64,000 bases of DNA from Mobula hypostoma (Eukaryota), in contig NC_086108.1 in NCBI RefSeq assembly GCF_963921235.1, forward strand, positions 50,098,001-50,162,000. The letters are read 5' to 3'. The notes under the pieces were generated by a model, which was given only the letters and a program-made list of their open reading frames with translations, was not told the origin of the DNA and did no database searches. Below, piece by piece: positions 39,101 through 52,055 of this stretch. Each line of letters begins with the position of its first letter. The first letter of the stretch is position 1. Both the position numbers and the translations under genes were made by a program.

Positions 39101-40829
39101 CCAAGAGATCTTTAATCTGGTAGCGATAAAAACAAATAATTACAGGGCGTGGCCTGTGCCCCGGCTCTGGTTTAGGCGCTAAGGTACGATGAGCTTTATC
39201 TCAGGCGGAGTCGAAAGTATATCATTCCCAAAAATCTCACATAGCAAAGTGAAGAAAAATTCAGCAGGGGGTCCACTTTCGATAGACTGGCAAGCCGAGA
39301 ATACGTAGATTTTGAGTCTGCCCTGACTTTCCAGGTCGGTAACTTTGGATACTAGCTTGCTGTTATGATCTCTCAAGCTGGAACAAACATTTTCCAACTC
39401 TTTAAAACGGCAGTCTAAATCATCTGTGCAAACTCGAGATGTGAAATAAGCATTGGGCATGATCCTCCACTTTGGATTTAATTTGATCCAATTTCGATTC
39501 CAACGAACTGAAAGAAGACTTAAATTCAGTAATTATCTCCTGTCGATGCTGTTCTAATAATGAGATAATGTTTTCGCTCGAGAAACTGGCTGCTGGAACT
39601 TCTTTTTTCCCCGATTTGGTGGTCTTTGGAGCCATTATAAAACAGGTGCATTCGTAGGCAGGAGGGAGAATAAAAAATTTAACAGTTTGGAGTAAAAAAA
39701 AGAGAGAAGGAGTGCGGAGATAAGAAATAGAACAGAGTGATAGCTTTTAGCGACTAAACCATCGCCATCTTGACCAGAAGTCCACAAAACCTTCTGATGG
39801 AATTCTGGTTCCTTTCCAGTTCAGATGCAAACCGTCCCTTTTGTGCAGGTCCCATCTTATTTGGAAGAGATCCCAATGGTCAAAAATCGGAAGCCCTCCC
39901 TCCTGCACCTACTCCTTAACCACATGTTAAACTGTATGATCTTCTATGTCTGGCCTCACTAACATGTAGCATGGGTATCAGTCCTGAAATCACAACCCTG
40001 GCAGTCTTGTTCTTTGGCTAAGTACCTAACTCCCTGAACTCACTTTGCAGGGCCTTGTGACCCATCCTACCCATGTCATTGGAATACAACCTCTGGCTGC
40101 TCACTCTCCCACCTAAGAATGCTGTGGACTCGATCCATGATTTCCTTGACCCTGGCACCCAGGAGGCAACAAACCACCCTGGAATCTCTTTCTCATCCAC
40201 GGAACCTCCTTTTTGCCCCTCTAACCAAAGAAGTCCCTATTACTGCAGCTCGCCTTTTCTCCCCCCTTCCCTTCAGAGCCACAGAGCCAGACTCAGTGTC
40301 AGAGACTTGTTCACTGCCAGTTCTCAGGTAGATCATTCGCCGCCTCTCCCCCCAAAGCAGCATCCAAAGTCATATACTTGTTATTGAGAGGAACAGCCAG
40401 AGGAATACACGTCACTGGCTGCATATTCCCTTTCCCTCTCCAGGTCATCTGGTTCTTTCTCCTTGATATATCTATACTTACTTTATACTTTATTGTCGCC
40501 AAACAATTGATACTAGAACGTATAATCATCATAGTGATATTTGATTCTGCACTTCCCGCTCCCTGGATTACAAATCGATAGTAAATATTAAAAATTTAAA
40601 TTAGAAATCATAAATAGAAAATAGAAAAATGGGAAGTAAGGTAGTGCAAAAAAACTGAGATGCAGGTCCGGATATTTGGAGGGTACGGCCCAGATCCGGG
40701 TCAGGATCCGTTCAGCATACCTGTTTATCCTTCATGAAATGACTTACAAATGAATATGATGGCAAATGTTTATCTGAGGACAGCATTTGTTGGGGGGGGT
40801 GGGGAGAGTATTGTCCAATTTATTGACAT

Positions 40830-41095
40830 ACAGTGCAGAGTAGACCCTTCCGGCCCCTCAAGCCATGCCGCCCAGCAATCCCCCAATTTTATCCTAGCCT
40901 AATCATGGGACAATTTACAATGACTAATTAGCTTACCAATTGGTACTTCTTTGGACTGTGGGAGGAAACTGGAGCACCCAGAAGAAACCCATACAGTCAT
41001 GGGAAGAACATACAAGCTCCTTACAGGCATTGGCAGGAGTTGGACCGGGGTTGCTGGTACTGTAAAGCAATGTGCTAACCGATATGCTACCATGC
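40830..41095 (-). mobile_element. V-SINE (HE1-like) element
   Basis: Contains ggacaatttacaatgactaatt, ttggactgtgggaggaaactggagcacccagaagaaacccat and gctaaccgatatgctacc (tRNA head on the minus strand). Confidence 0.65.
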
Positions 41096-41319
41096 TGTTT
41101 CTGTTGAAGCTCAATGTGAATGGTGATGTTGGTAAGTGCACAGGGAATGGTGTATCTGGAGAAGTGGTTACGTGATGTCCAAGAGCATGTCAGAAGAAAT
41201 GAAGGTACAATTTGATGTACTAAGTTGTATACTAATTCAGTAAAATAATTCTTGTACTAAGTATTTAGGCTCTTGCTCTCTAAAATAGACTTATTCCTCC
41301 ATTGATAGGAAAGAATATT

Positions 41320-42352
41320 CCAGTGACCAGTAGTGTTCCACAAGGGTCCATGTTGGGACTGATTCTTTTTAACGTTATATGTCAGTGATTTGGATGATGG
41401 AGTTGGTGACTTTGTTGCAAAGTTCGCAGACAATATGAAGACAGGTGGAGGGGCAAGTATTTTTGAGGATGTAAAGAGGCTGCAGAAGGACTTGGATTAG
41501 GAGAATGGGCAAAGAAATGGCAGATGGAATACAGTCAGGAAGTGTATGGTCCTGCACTTTTGGTAGAAGAAATGAGAGGGTTAACACTCTCTAAATGGAG
41601 AGAAAATACAAAAACGTGAGCACAAAGGGACTTGGGAATCCTTATGCAGGATTCCCTAAAGGTGAGTTTGCAGGTTGAGGCTGCAGTGAGGAAGGCAAAT
41701 CTGATGTTGGCATTTATTTCAAGAAGACTAGAATATGAATGCAAGGCTGTAATGTTGAGACTTTATAAAGCACTGGTGAGGCCTCACTTTGAGTAGTGTG
41801 AGCAGTTTTGAGCCCTTTATCTTAGAAAGGATGGCTGAAACTGGAAGGGGTTCAAAGGAGATTCACGAAAATGATTCCAAGTTTGAACGGCTTGTCAAAT
41901 GAAGAGGAAGGTCGTGGGTCCGCTTGTGGCTCTGGACCTATATTCACTAGAATTCAGAAGAATGAGGGGTGACCTCATTTAAACCTATCAAAAGGTGAAA
42001 GACCTTGATAGAGTGGATGTGGAGAGGATGCTTCCTATGGTGGGAGAGTCTAAAACCAGAAGACACAGCCTCAGGATAGAGGCTTTTAGAACAGAGATGA
42101 AGAAGAATTTCTTTAGCCAGAGAGTAGTAAACCTGTGGAATTTTTTTTGCCACAGGCAGCTGTGGAGGCCAAGTTTTCATGCATATTTAAAGCAAATTGA
42201 TAATTTCTTGATTGGTCATGGCATGAAGGGATACATGGGGAAGGCAGGAGATTGGGGCTGAGAGGAAAATTGGATCAGCCATGATGAAATGGTGGAGCAG
42301 ACTTGATGAGTGAAATGGCCTAAGTCTGCTCCTATAGCTTATGGTCTTATGG
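41320..42352 (+). mobile_element. CR1 LINE 3' fragment
   Basis: Segments resembling VPQGS.LG, KFAD and RGDLI. Tail cttatggtcttatgg. Confidence 0.85.
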
Positions 42353-44534
42353 TCCAATATGTCTCTCCAGTTTCTCAGCAGCATATTGAGGAGGATATCA
42401 CAAAAGTGAGATGCAGTTTTTGCCCACAAAAACGTCATTCTGGAGCTTTTTATCTTTGCTTTCCACCTAAACTACGTGAAGTTGCATGTTTTGAATATTC
42501 CTTTTAAATATTAAGACATGTCATTATTGTTTGGACAGTAAATTTGGATGTAAGCTTACAATGAGTAGTTAAGAAATTATTGTCAAGTATTGACAACTAC
42601 CTACAGGTAGGCAGATGACTGTGAGTAAAATGGAAGGATATGGACCTTGTGTACGCAGAAGAGATTAATTTAGTTAGCTATATAGTTACTAATTTAATTG
42701 GTCGGCACAACATTGTGACCTGAAGGTCCTGTTCCTGTGCTGTACTGTTCTGTTTTCTGTTTTAAGACATACATTTCTCATACTCAGGTTTGAAAGCTAT
42801 CTTAAAATAAGATGCTTTACTCTTGGGAAACTTGATCATGGCAAATTAAATCTATTATTTCTTTATTGGATAAAGATATTAATGACTGTAATCAGAATTT
42901 TGCTTGTAGTCGTTATAAAATATCAGTTAAGCCACATAATATCTGCTCTAAGCTGTTGAATGAAGTGACATTCTGATTGCATAATTTGAAAAATACCTGA
43001 ATCATCCAGCATGCATGCAATGAACACATATAATGTCTTCAAAGGAACAGTATACATCCAGATGAAATTGTATTGTGCTCTTGATTATACTATATTGATT
43101 GTACTATTTGCATATAGAGTTGGAAAGAATAATGTTTAAACGAAAACCTAACAATGGAATATGCTCTTTTCATTGGGATATTCTTCCTGTTTTTATCTTT
43201 ACCTACTTAGTTGTTGTACATTACTTTCATACATTGTCCATTTGAAATATGTGGAAAGAAAATAAGTCAAAGTAACAAATTCTCTGAATGCATGAATTTG
43301 AACTCAGTTCACCTTTTTTTGATGGTGTTAAAACCCTGCACTTCTATTATGATTATGATCATTGATAACAGTTGTATGTTGTGCAAGTTCTGCACAAGAT
43401 ATGTCCAAATGAGGACATAGCAGCAATCCGGTTTGTGGTTTGCTGCAAGTAGAATCTGAATGTGCAGTAAAATTAAGAATCATAATAGTTGCTATTTACA
43501 TTAATGTTATATGTGTAGTACCATCCTGATACTGAACAAAATACTTGTCAGTCATTCCTAATGGCTGGTGACCATAAATTGAGGAAGAAGCCTCTTAGTT
43601 CTTGGCTTTGCCCACAAAAAATGAATATTTTAGGTACTGTTTCTTAGGATCTTTGTAAGCCTTCATGTCGATCATTAATTATGTCATTCTGTCCTTACTT
43701 TGGTTGTATAGGTAACTTACATTTTACAACACAACTCAGCTCTGGCCCTGGACTTTCTTTTCTTTTCCTTCATCTCCTATAGACTCATGCTGTAACTGTC
43801 ACAAACAGTTTAGTAAGTTGACCATGATGCCTTTTACCCAAGGCCTTCATTAGATTTTGGAGACACACACGATCTGTTTTTCACAAATGGCAAAGTCAGT
43901 TGATGTCTTCTGTCAATTTTGTACATTTCCAACCATCCCATTTCTTGTATTTCCTTTTTACTTATGCACGCTGTACCACTTATAAAACAACCAACTTTAA
44001 GTACAAGTATGCATTAGACTAAATGGGATATGGATATTTATAACTCCTCTGATAGACTCTGATATGATCATCTGTTTTGATTGTACTGGTTAAACAAAAT
44101 CAATGCAAAAAAGATAAGCGTAGATGAATATTAAAACAGATAGGTAAAACACTTGTGCAGAGAGCATAAGGATACTGCAAAAGCATATTGATAGAAAAAG
44201 AGAGTAGATAAATGTTGATCAAAGATGTAATGTGGAAAAATGTATAATTCTCCATTTTGGCTGCAAAAAAAAAGAGAATTTTAGCTACATGGTAAGAGAT
44301 TGGTCTGACATGCAAGAGTATCCAGTTCAGCTACTCGTGATCCACAAAAGTAATTAATTAGGCAAGCCAGGAGAATGCTTTTGGTTACTGCTAGGGGAAT
44401 TGAAAATTAGGAGTGGAAATTAGACTACTGTATACATGGCATCAGTGAGGCCACATCCGAAGTTCTGTTTACATTCTCAATATAAAAAGTTACAAATATA
44501 TTGGCAGCAATGAAGATTTAATCAAGATGTAAGT

Positions 44535-45615
44535 GCGAGAGATTCTGCAGATGCTGAAAATCCAGAGCAGCACACAAAAAATGCTGGAGGAACTCAGTAG
44601 GTCAGATCACATCTATGGAAGTGAATAAACATTCGATGTTTTGGACTGACCCCCTTCATCGGGACTGAAGAGGAAAGGGGGAAGAAGCCAGAATAAAAAG
44701 GTGAGAGAAGCGAAGCTAGAAGGTGGTAGGTGAAGCAAGGTGGGTAGGTGAAGGGGATGAAGTAAGAAGCTGAGAGGTGATACGTTGGAAAGGCAAGGAC
44801 TGGAGAAGAAAGGAATCTGATAGGAGAGGAGAGTGGACCGGAAGTTTGGGGAACTTGATATTCATGTGCTCAGGTTGGAGGCTACCTAGGTGGAATATGA
44901 GGTGTTGCTCCTCCAACCTGAGAATGGCCTCAGCTTGACAGAAGGAGGCCATGGATCATCATGTAAGAATGGGGGTTAGAATTGGAATGGCTGGCCACTG
45001 AGAAATCCTACTTTTTGCGGATGGAACGAAGGTGCTTGACAAAATGGTCCCCCAATTTACGGCGAATTTCACCAATGTAGAAGAGGCCTCATCAGGAGCA
45101 CTAGATACAGTAGCCGCCCCAAACAGATCTGCGGGTAACGTGTTGCCTCACCTGGCAGGACTTTTTGAGGGCTGAATGGAAGTGTGGAGGAAGTGACTGG
45201 GTAGGTATAGCACTTCTGCTTGCAGGGATAAGTGCCAGGAAGGAGATTAGTGGGGAAGGACAAATGGAAAAGGGAATCACGGAGGGAGTGATCTCTGCAG
45301 ATGGTGAAAGTTGGGGGGGGGGGTGTGGAGAGGTAAAGGTGTGTTTGGTGGTAGGATAATATTGAAGATAGCAGAAGTTACGGAGAATGATGCATTGGAT
45401 GCGGGGTGGTAGGTGAGGACAAGAGGAACTCTATCCCTGTTAAGGTGGTGGGAAGATGGTATGAGCAGAGATGTTCAGGAAATGGAGGAGATGCAGGTGA
45501 GGGCAGCATCAATGGTGGAGGAAACCCCATTCTTTCAACAAGGGACACATCTGAGGGCCTGGAAAGGTGAACCTCATCCTGGAAACAGATGCGGCACAGA
45601 CAAAGGAACTGAGAA
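44535..45615 (-). mobile_element. Older, diverged PLE copy
   Basis: ORF 44716-44952 reads LRLEEQHLIFHLGSLQP. Also present: a degenerate hammerhead near 44630-44668, the tail ctgcagatgctg, and an SQFL..RIC remnant near 45600. Confidence 0.8.
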
Positions 45616-48346
45616 AATAATAATAAAGATGTAAATGGAATGGGTGAGTTGTCTTATGAAGAAAGCCTAGATAAGCTTTGTAGTTTAAATGGGAGTTTAG
45701 AAGAATGAGCAGTGGTTTCATTGAAGCATACAAGGTTCCTAAGACTGTTTGACCATACGACATAGGAACAGAATTAGACCATTTGGCCCATCAAGTCTGC
45801 TCTGCCATTCAATCGTGGTTGATCCTTTCTTCCCTGGCCTCCTCCTTGTAACCTTTGATGCCGTGGCCAATCAGGTACGTATCAATCTCCACTTTAAATA
45901 CACCCAGCGACCTTTCCTCTACTGCTGCTTGTGGTAACAAGTTCCACAAACTCACCACCCTCTGGCTGAAGAAATTTCTCCATATCTCTGTTTTAAATGG
46001 TCATCCCTCTATCCTAGGCTGTGCCCTCTTGTCATAGACTTCCACACCATGGGAAACATTCTTTCCACATCTACTCTGTCCTAGGCCTTTCAACATTTGA
46101 AAGGTTTCATTGAGATCCACCCCCCCATCCGAAATTCCAGCGAGTATAGGCCCAGACCCGTCAAACATTCCTCATATGATAACCCTTTCATTCCTGGAAT
46201 CATCCTTGTGAACCTCCTGTGAACTCTCTCCAATGCCAGAACATCTTTTCTTAGATAAGGAGCCCAAAACTGTTTACAATACTCAAGATAAGGCCTCACC
46301 AGTGCCTTAGAAAGCCTCAGCATCACATCCCTGCTCTTAAATTCTAGACCTCTTGAAATGAATGCTAACATTGCACTTGCCTTCCTCACCACTGATTCAA
46401 CCTGCAAGTTAACCTTTAGGATGTTCTGCACAAGGACTCCCAAGTCCCTTTGGTTCTCAGAATTTTGGATTTTCTCTCCATTTAGAAAATAGTCTGCACA
46501 TGTATTTCTTCTACCAAAGTGCATGACTATGCATTTTCCAACGTTGTATTTCATCTGCCACTTTCTTGCCCTTTCTCCTAATTTGTCTCAGTCCTTGCTG
46601 GAGCCTTCCTGTTTCCTCAACACCATCTACCCCTCCACCAATCTTCGTATCATCTGCAAACTTGGCAACAAAGCCATCTATTCCATCGTCTAAGTCATTT
46701 ATGTACAGCATAAAAGGAAGCGATTCCAACACTGACCACTGCATAACACCACTAGTTACTGGCAGCCAGCCAGAAAAGGATCCTTTTATTCCCACTTGCT
46801 GCCTTCTGCCAGTCAGCCAATACTTAGTCATGCTAGTAACTTTACTGTAACACCATGGGCTCTTAACTTGGTAAGCAGCCTGATGTGTAGCACCTTGTCA
46901 AAGGCCTTCTGAAAGTCTAAATATACTACATTCCCTGCATCCCCTTTATCAATTCTACTTGTAATCTCCTTAAAGAATTCCAACAGGTTCATCAGGCAAG
47001 GTTTCTAAGGAGATCATGTTGACAGTGTCCTATTTTGTCCTGCGTAACCAGGTACTCCATAACTTTATCCTTAATAATTGACTCCAGCATCTTTCCAACC
47101 ACCAAGGTCAGGCTAACCAGTCTATAATTTCCTTTCTGCTGCCTCCCTCCTTTCTTAAAGAGTGGAGGGACATTTGTAATTTTTTAATCCTCTGGAACTA
47201 TGCCAGGGTCCAATGATTTTTGAAAGTTTATTACTAATGCCTCCACAATCTCTACTGCTACCTCTTTCAGAACCCTAGGGTGCAGTTCATCTGGTTCAGT
47301 TGACTTATGTACCTTTAGGTGTTTCAGCTTTTTGAGCACCATCTCCCTTGTCATAGTAACTGCACTCACTTCTCTTCCCTCATACCCTTCAACACCTGGT
47401 ACACTGCTAGTTGCTTCCACAGTGAAAACTGACGCAAAATACGCATTTAGTTCATCTGCCATCTCCTTGTCTCCTGTTATTATTTCTCCAGCCTCCCTTT
47501 CTTGCTGTCCTATATCCACTCTGATCTTTTTTTTAATATACTTCAGAAAGTGCTTTCTATCCACCTTGATATTGTTTGCTAACTTACTTTCATATTTCTT
47601 CTTTTCCCTCCTAATGATCTTTTTAGATGCTTTCTGTAGGTTTTTAAAAGCTTACTAATCCTCTGTCTTCCTGCTAATTTTTGCTTTGTTGTTTGCCCTC
47701 TCTTGTGCTATTACATTAGCTTTGACCTCCCTTGTCAGCCACAGTTGTACTATTTTGCTATTTGAGTATTTCTTTGTTTTTGGAATACATCCATCCTGCA
47801 CCTTCCTCAATTTTTCCAGAAACTCAAGCCATTGCTGCTCTACTGTCATCCCTGCCAGCATCTCCTTCCAATGTACTTTGACCAACTTCTTTCATACCAC
47901 TGTAATTTCCTTTACTTTAATGAAATACTACATCAGACTTTACTTTCTCCCTATTAAATTTCAAATTGAACTCAATCTGTTGTGATCACTGTCCCCTAAG
48001 TGTTCCTTTACCTTAAGCTCCCTGATCACCTCTGGTTCATTACATAACATCCAATCCAGTATAGCGGATCCCCTAGTACTCAACAACAAGCTGCTCTAAA
48101 AAGCCATCTCGTAAGCATTCAACAAATTCACTCTCTTGAGATCCATTACTAACCTGATTTTTCCAAATCTACCTGAATGTTAAAATCTCCCATGACTATG
48201 ATAACATTGCCCTTTGGCACACCTGTTCTATTTCCTATTGCATTTTGTAGTCCACATCCCAGTTTGGAGGCCTGTATATTACTGCCATCAGGGTCCTTTT
48301 ACTCTTGCACTTTCTTACCTCAACCCACAAGGATTCAACATCTTCT

Positions 48347-49171
48347 CAAACACGAGGAAATCTGCAGATGCTGGAAAGAGTGGAACAAGTGCTACACATG
48401 CCCTTACACTTCCTCCCTTACCACCATTCAGGGGCCCAGACTGTCCTTCCAGGTGAGGCGACACTTCACCTGTGAGTCGACTGGGGTGATATACTGTGTC
48501 CGGTGCTCCCAATGTGGCCTTCTATATATTGGCGAGACCTGATGCAGACTGGGAGATCATTTCGCTGAACACCTACGCTCTGTCCGCCAGAGAAAGCAGG
48601 ATCTCCCAGTGGCCACACATTTTAATTCCACGTCCCATTCCCATTCTAATATGTCTATCCACGGCCTCTACTGTAAAGATGAAGCCACACTCAGGTTGGA
48701 GGAACAACACCTTATATTCCATCTGGGTAGCCTCCAACCTGATGGCATGAACATTGACTTCTCAAACTTCCACTAATGCCCCACCTCCCCCTCGTACCCC
48801 ATCTGTTATTTATGTATATACACACATTCTTTTGCTCTCTCTCCTTTTTCTCCCTCTGTCCCTCTCACTATACCCTTTGCCCATCCTCTGGGTTTCCCCC
48901 CTCCCCCTTTTTTTTCTCCCTAGGCCTCCTGTCCCATGATCCTCTCATACCCCTTTTGCCAATCAACTGTCCAGCTCTTGGCTCCATCCCTCCCCCTCCT
49001 GTCTTCTCCTATCATTTTGGATCTCCCCCTCCCCTTCCCACTTTCAAATCTCTTACTAGCTCTTCTTTCAGTTAGTCCTGACGAAGGGTCTCGACCTGAA
49101 ACGTCGACTGCATGCTTCCTAGAGATGCTGCCTGGCCTGCTGCATTTACCAGCAACTTTGATGTGTGTGGC
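48347..49171 (+). mobile_element. PLE fold-back remnant: about 30-nt inverted tail plus GIY-YIG/pseudo-LTR arm
   Basis: 13-bp TSD ttcaacatcttct at 48334-48346 and 49172-49184. 48347-48377 is the reverse complement of the PLE tail. Confidence 0.9.
49073..49110 (+). ncRNA. Minimal type I hammerhead ribozyme motif (intact core)
   Basis: tagtc CTGACGA a gggt ctcg acct GAAAC GTC gactg. The stem II U-G pair is U-A here. Confidence 0.78.
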
Positions 49172-50499
49172 TTCAACATCTTCTGATCCTATGTCACATT
49201 TTTCTAATGATTTGATGCCATTCTTTACCAGCAGAGCCATGCCACCCCTTCTGCCTACCTTCCTATCCCTGTGATACAACTTGCAATCTTGGGCATTCAA
49301 CATACCCAACAATCTGTAAAAGTGCAACATGATTATCCACCTTATTTCTTGTACTCCGTGCATTGAGGTATAACATTGAGTATTGTATTTGCTACCCTTT
49401 TTGATTCTGCATCCGTAATGCACTGATACTCATGCTGCTGGCTACAGTTTTGTCCTATCGTCTGCCTGCTCTTCCTAACAATCTAACTGTATGTTATCTC
49501 TGCTTTTTAACCATCCATCCTACCCTGAGTCCCTTCATTCCGGTTCCCAACCCGTTTTGCAGGATGAATATAGAGAGAATTTTTCTTGTGTGAGAATCTA
49601 GTACTCCATTTGGCTGTTTAAAAATAAGAGATAGATGAAATACACTTTTTCTATTTTGGAAGGCTATGAATTTTTGGAACCCTTTTTCGCAAAGGGCGGT
49701 GTCACCAGAGTTGTTGAATATTTTTAAGACAGTGAGGTAAATGGATGCATGCGTAGCAAGGAAATGAAAATTTATCAAGGGTTGATGGGAACATGGATTA
49801 AGTTTGCATTAGATCTGTCTTGATCTTATTAAATGGCAAAGGAGACAAGTGGTCTACTTTTGCTCCTGATCTGTAGGTTTGTTTTCATGTATATTCAGTG
49901 GGCATGATTTTGATCAACTGTACTGTTTTCTTTGAAGTTCCCCTGATTCTCACAGCAGTGTACAATGGTTCAATTGCTCGTGCACAAATCTATTTTTAAG
50001 TTTGTAGTTGGAATACTCAGGCTACCATGCTGGCATTTTGTAAACTTTCACTGCTATCTTGCAACTCTTTCCTGAAACTTCAGTTAAAAATTTTACATAC
50101 ATTTTGCTATGCTTCCCTCAAGAAAGGGAAAATTGCATCTTTCTCTCCCTGATAATGCCTTTCCTGGAGCATTTCCAACCAGTTGAAATAAGTGTAGTCA
50201 TGTGTACTCTTTGTGTGTGACCATTGTTAAGTTTTTAATCAGAATGGCTACTAAATTTATTTACAATTTAGCCAATATAAAATGGATCTTTTTGGATTGC
50301 AGGTGCAGAATTGGGGGACAAGTTACATAAATGTGATGGTATTTTGAGTTCTTTTATATATAGCTAGTAAACATTGTTCAGATTTGTTACATAACCATCC
50401 TTGTATTTCATGGCTTCCATAACAGTGGACTGACATTGTCAGGTTAAGCAGGGTAGGCTAATCCCCACATTTGAGGGGTAGGATGGTAGGGAAGGGGTT

Positions 50500-51220
50500 G
50501 TATTCTTAGAAAATGGACATAAAGCAGTTGAATGCCTTTTCAATTCTACATGTCCATCCATTTTCATGCCTACCTGTCTATACCTGCCTTTCTCCACTGA
50601 CAGGATGAATCCCAACATAAACTTGAAGGAGAGCATTTTATATTCTGCCTAGTAATATCCAATCCAATGGTATGAATGCTAAGTTTTCCAATTTCAGGTA
50701 ACCTTTATCTTCCCCCTCCAACTTACCTCCTGTTCTCCCATCTTTGTCCCACTCCCCCTCCTGGTTTCAATCATCTACTACTGCCTATACATTATACCTA
50801 TTGGATCTTCTTCTTTCCTAGCTGGTTCCATCTATCCTTTACTTAATGTTCCCCCTTATCACCTTTCATACTTATCAGCACTGGTAATCTTTACATACCT
50901 GCTGGTCGCCCTCCTAGCGGACTCTACCTTTGCCTTCCCTGCACCCACCTGGCTTCATCTGCCTCTGTTTTGTCTGACTCCACGTATCAACAACCTGCCT
51001 CTGTATTCCAACTCCATCTCTCTCCCTCACTAGCTTTATCTGTTCATCATCCTTCACCCCTTCTCAGTCCACCATCATCTACTGGCCCCTGCCTCACTAC
51101 CCCAACTCCTCTTTACATTAGCCACCTTCCCTCTCCACTCTAATTCCTCAACCCGAGCCACCAAAGCTACTGTCCCCACTGTCACTCTGTCACATTGAGT
51201 TGCTCCATCTGCAGTCTTTT
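50500..51220 (+). mobile_element. Highly decayed PLE 3' region
   Basis: Segment aaacttgaaggagagcattttatattctgcctag...ccaatggtatgaatg resembles LEEQHLIF.LG..QP.GMN and is followed by a pyrimidine-rich UTR. Confidence 0.5.
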
Positions 51221-51644
51221 GTACCTTGTTCCAATGCAAGAGGTACAGCAACGAATTTGTTAATGGTAAAATTCATACACTGTAGATGTGTGTGATATAA
51301 CTATAATGTGTGATAGTTACCGGATAATTTGTTTTACTGATATTGGCTGAGGAATGAAGATTGCCCATGGCACCAAGACTAATTCTCCTATTCTTAGATT
51401 GATTGAATCTCAGCACAGAAACAACCACAGTGCCCTTGCTCACCATCAAGTATCCCACCTGGTAATTCAAGTGCTTGTTCACATGCTAAGTGTTGTGAGA
51501 GTTCATGCCTCTACCACCTTCTCACGTTGTTCATTTCAAATTGCAACTACCCTCTGAGTTAAAAATAACTATTCCTCAAATCCTCATTAAACCACTCAGT
51601 CTTTGTCTTAAACCTGTGCTGTCTAGTCTGAGATACCTTTGAAG

Positions 51645-51850
51645 TGATGCTGTGGGATCTTTCAAAACCATCCAAGAGAGCAGATGGTGCCTCAGATTAA
51701 AAACTGAATTGAAGATAGGATCTTAAGTGGTATATTACTCCCTCAATCCTGGATTTCAGCTTTAATTTTGATCATGACTTCAGAGTAGAATTTGAACTCA
51801 CAACCATGAGATTCCTATCAAATGTGCCACAGCTAGCACCCACTAACTGA
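51645..51850 (-). mobile_element. Ancient Deu-domain-like SINE remnant
   Basis: Contains tgggatctttc...gagagcagatggtgcctc, actccctca and tttgaactcacaacc. Recognised from recall of the DeuSINE consensus. Confidence 0.45.
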
Positions 51851-51968
51851 ATAATTCTATTTGATAAGAAATAAGAAATAGGAGCAGGAGTAAGATATGC
51901 AGTAACATCTCTTTTTATAAAAAAATGTTTTATAGCATTTCAATGACATTTTCCTTCTATCAATGTAG

Positions 51969-52055
51969 ATGCCAAATCGATCTCGACTGGAGAGGCCGTC
52001 TGAGCTGATTACCTCTTCATCTCTATTGTCCTTGCCACCTTTTCCACTTAATCAG
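51969..52055 (+). CDS. SMG7: SMG7 exon: MPNRSRLERPSELITSSSLLSLPPFPLNQ
   Basis: Acceptor atgtag|ATG, donor CAG|gtatgt. 87 nt, phase 0-0. Similar to mammalian LEKPSEL...LSL...LNQ. Confidence 0.88.

Larger units (their letters stand above)
33883..39783 (-). mobile_element. Full-length L1 LINE (inactive), containing a nested PLE fragment
   Basis: T-rich tail at 33883. 5' end ggacttctggtcaagatggcg (-). ORF1 MAPKTTKSGKKE (39635) has a coiled coil. ORF2 pieces include [30 protein letters not shown] and a C-terminal CxxC..H..W.C. TSD caaaac(t/c)ttct at 33872-33882 and 39785-39795. Confidence 0.92.
31420..40450 (-). mobile_element. Near full-length old CR1 LINE split by an L1 insertion
   Basis: RT and APE remnants at 31420-33870 (KAFDK, VLGPLLFVIYIN, GGG..LLVREN). 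Esterase-like ORF1 remnants at 39790-40450. Confidence 0.8.
45751..49552 (-). mobile_element. CR1 LINE ORF2 (APE+RT, decayed) with nested PLE
   Basis: ORFs 46090-46554, 46511-46831 (KFADDTKIGG), 47184-47564 and 48920-49423 (RRGGMALLVK). Tail at 45751. Confidence 0.9.

Noticed and set aside
26743..51968. Nested gene or extra SMG7 exon in the 25-kb intron
   Set aside because: The flanking exons join in frame and match the recalled SMG7 sequence without a gap. Nothing convincing was seen, although small or poison exons cannot be excluded without RNA data.
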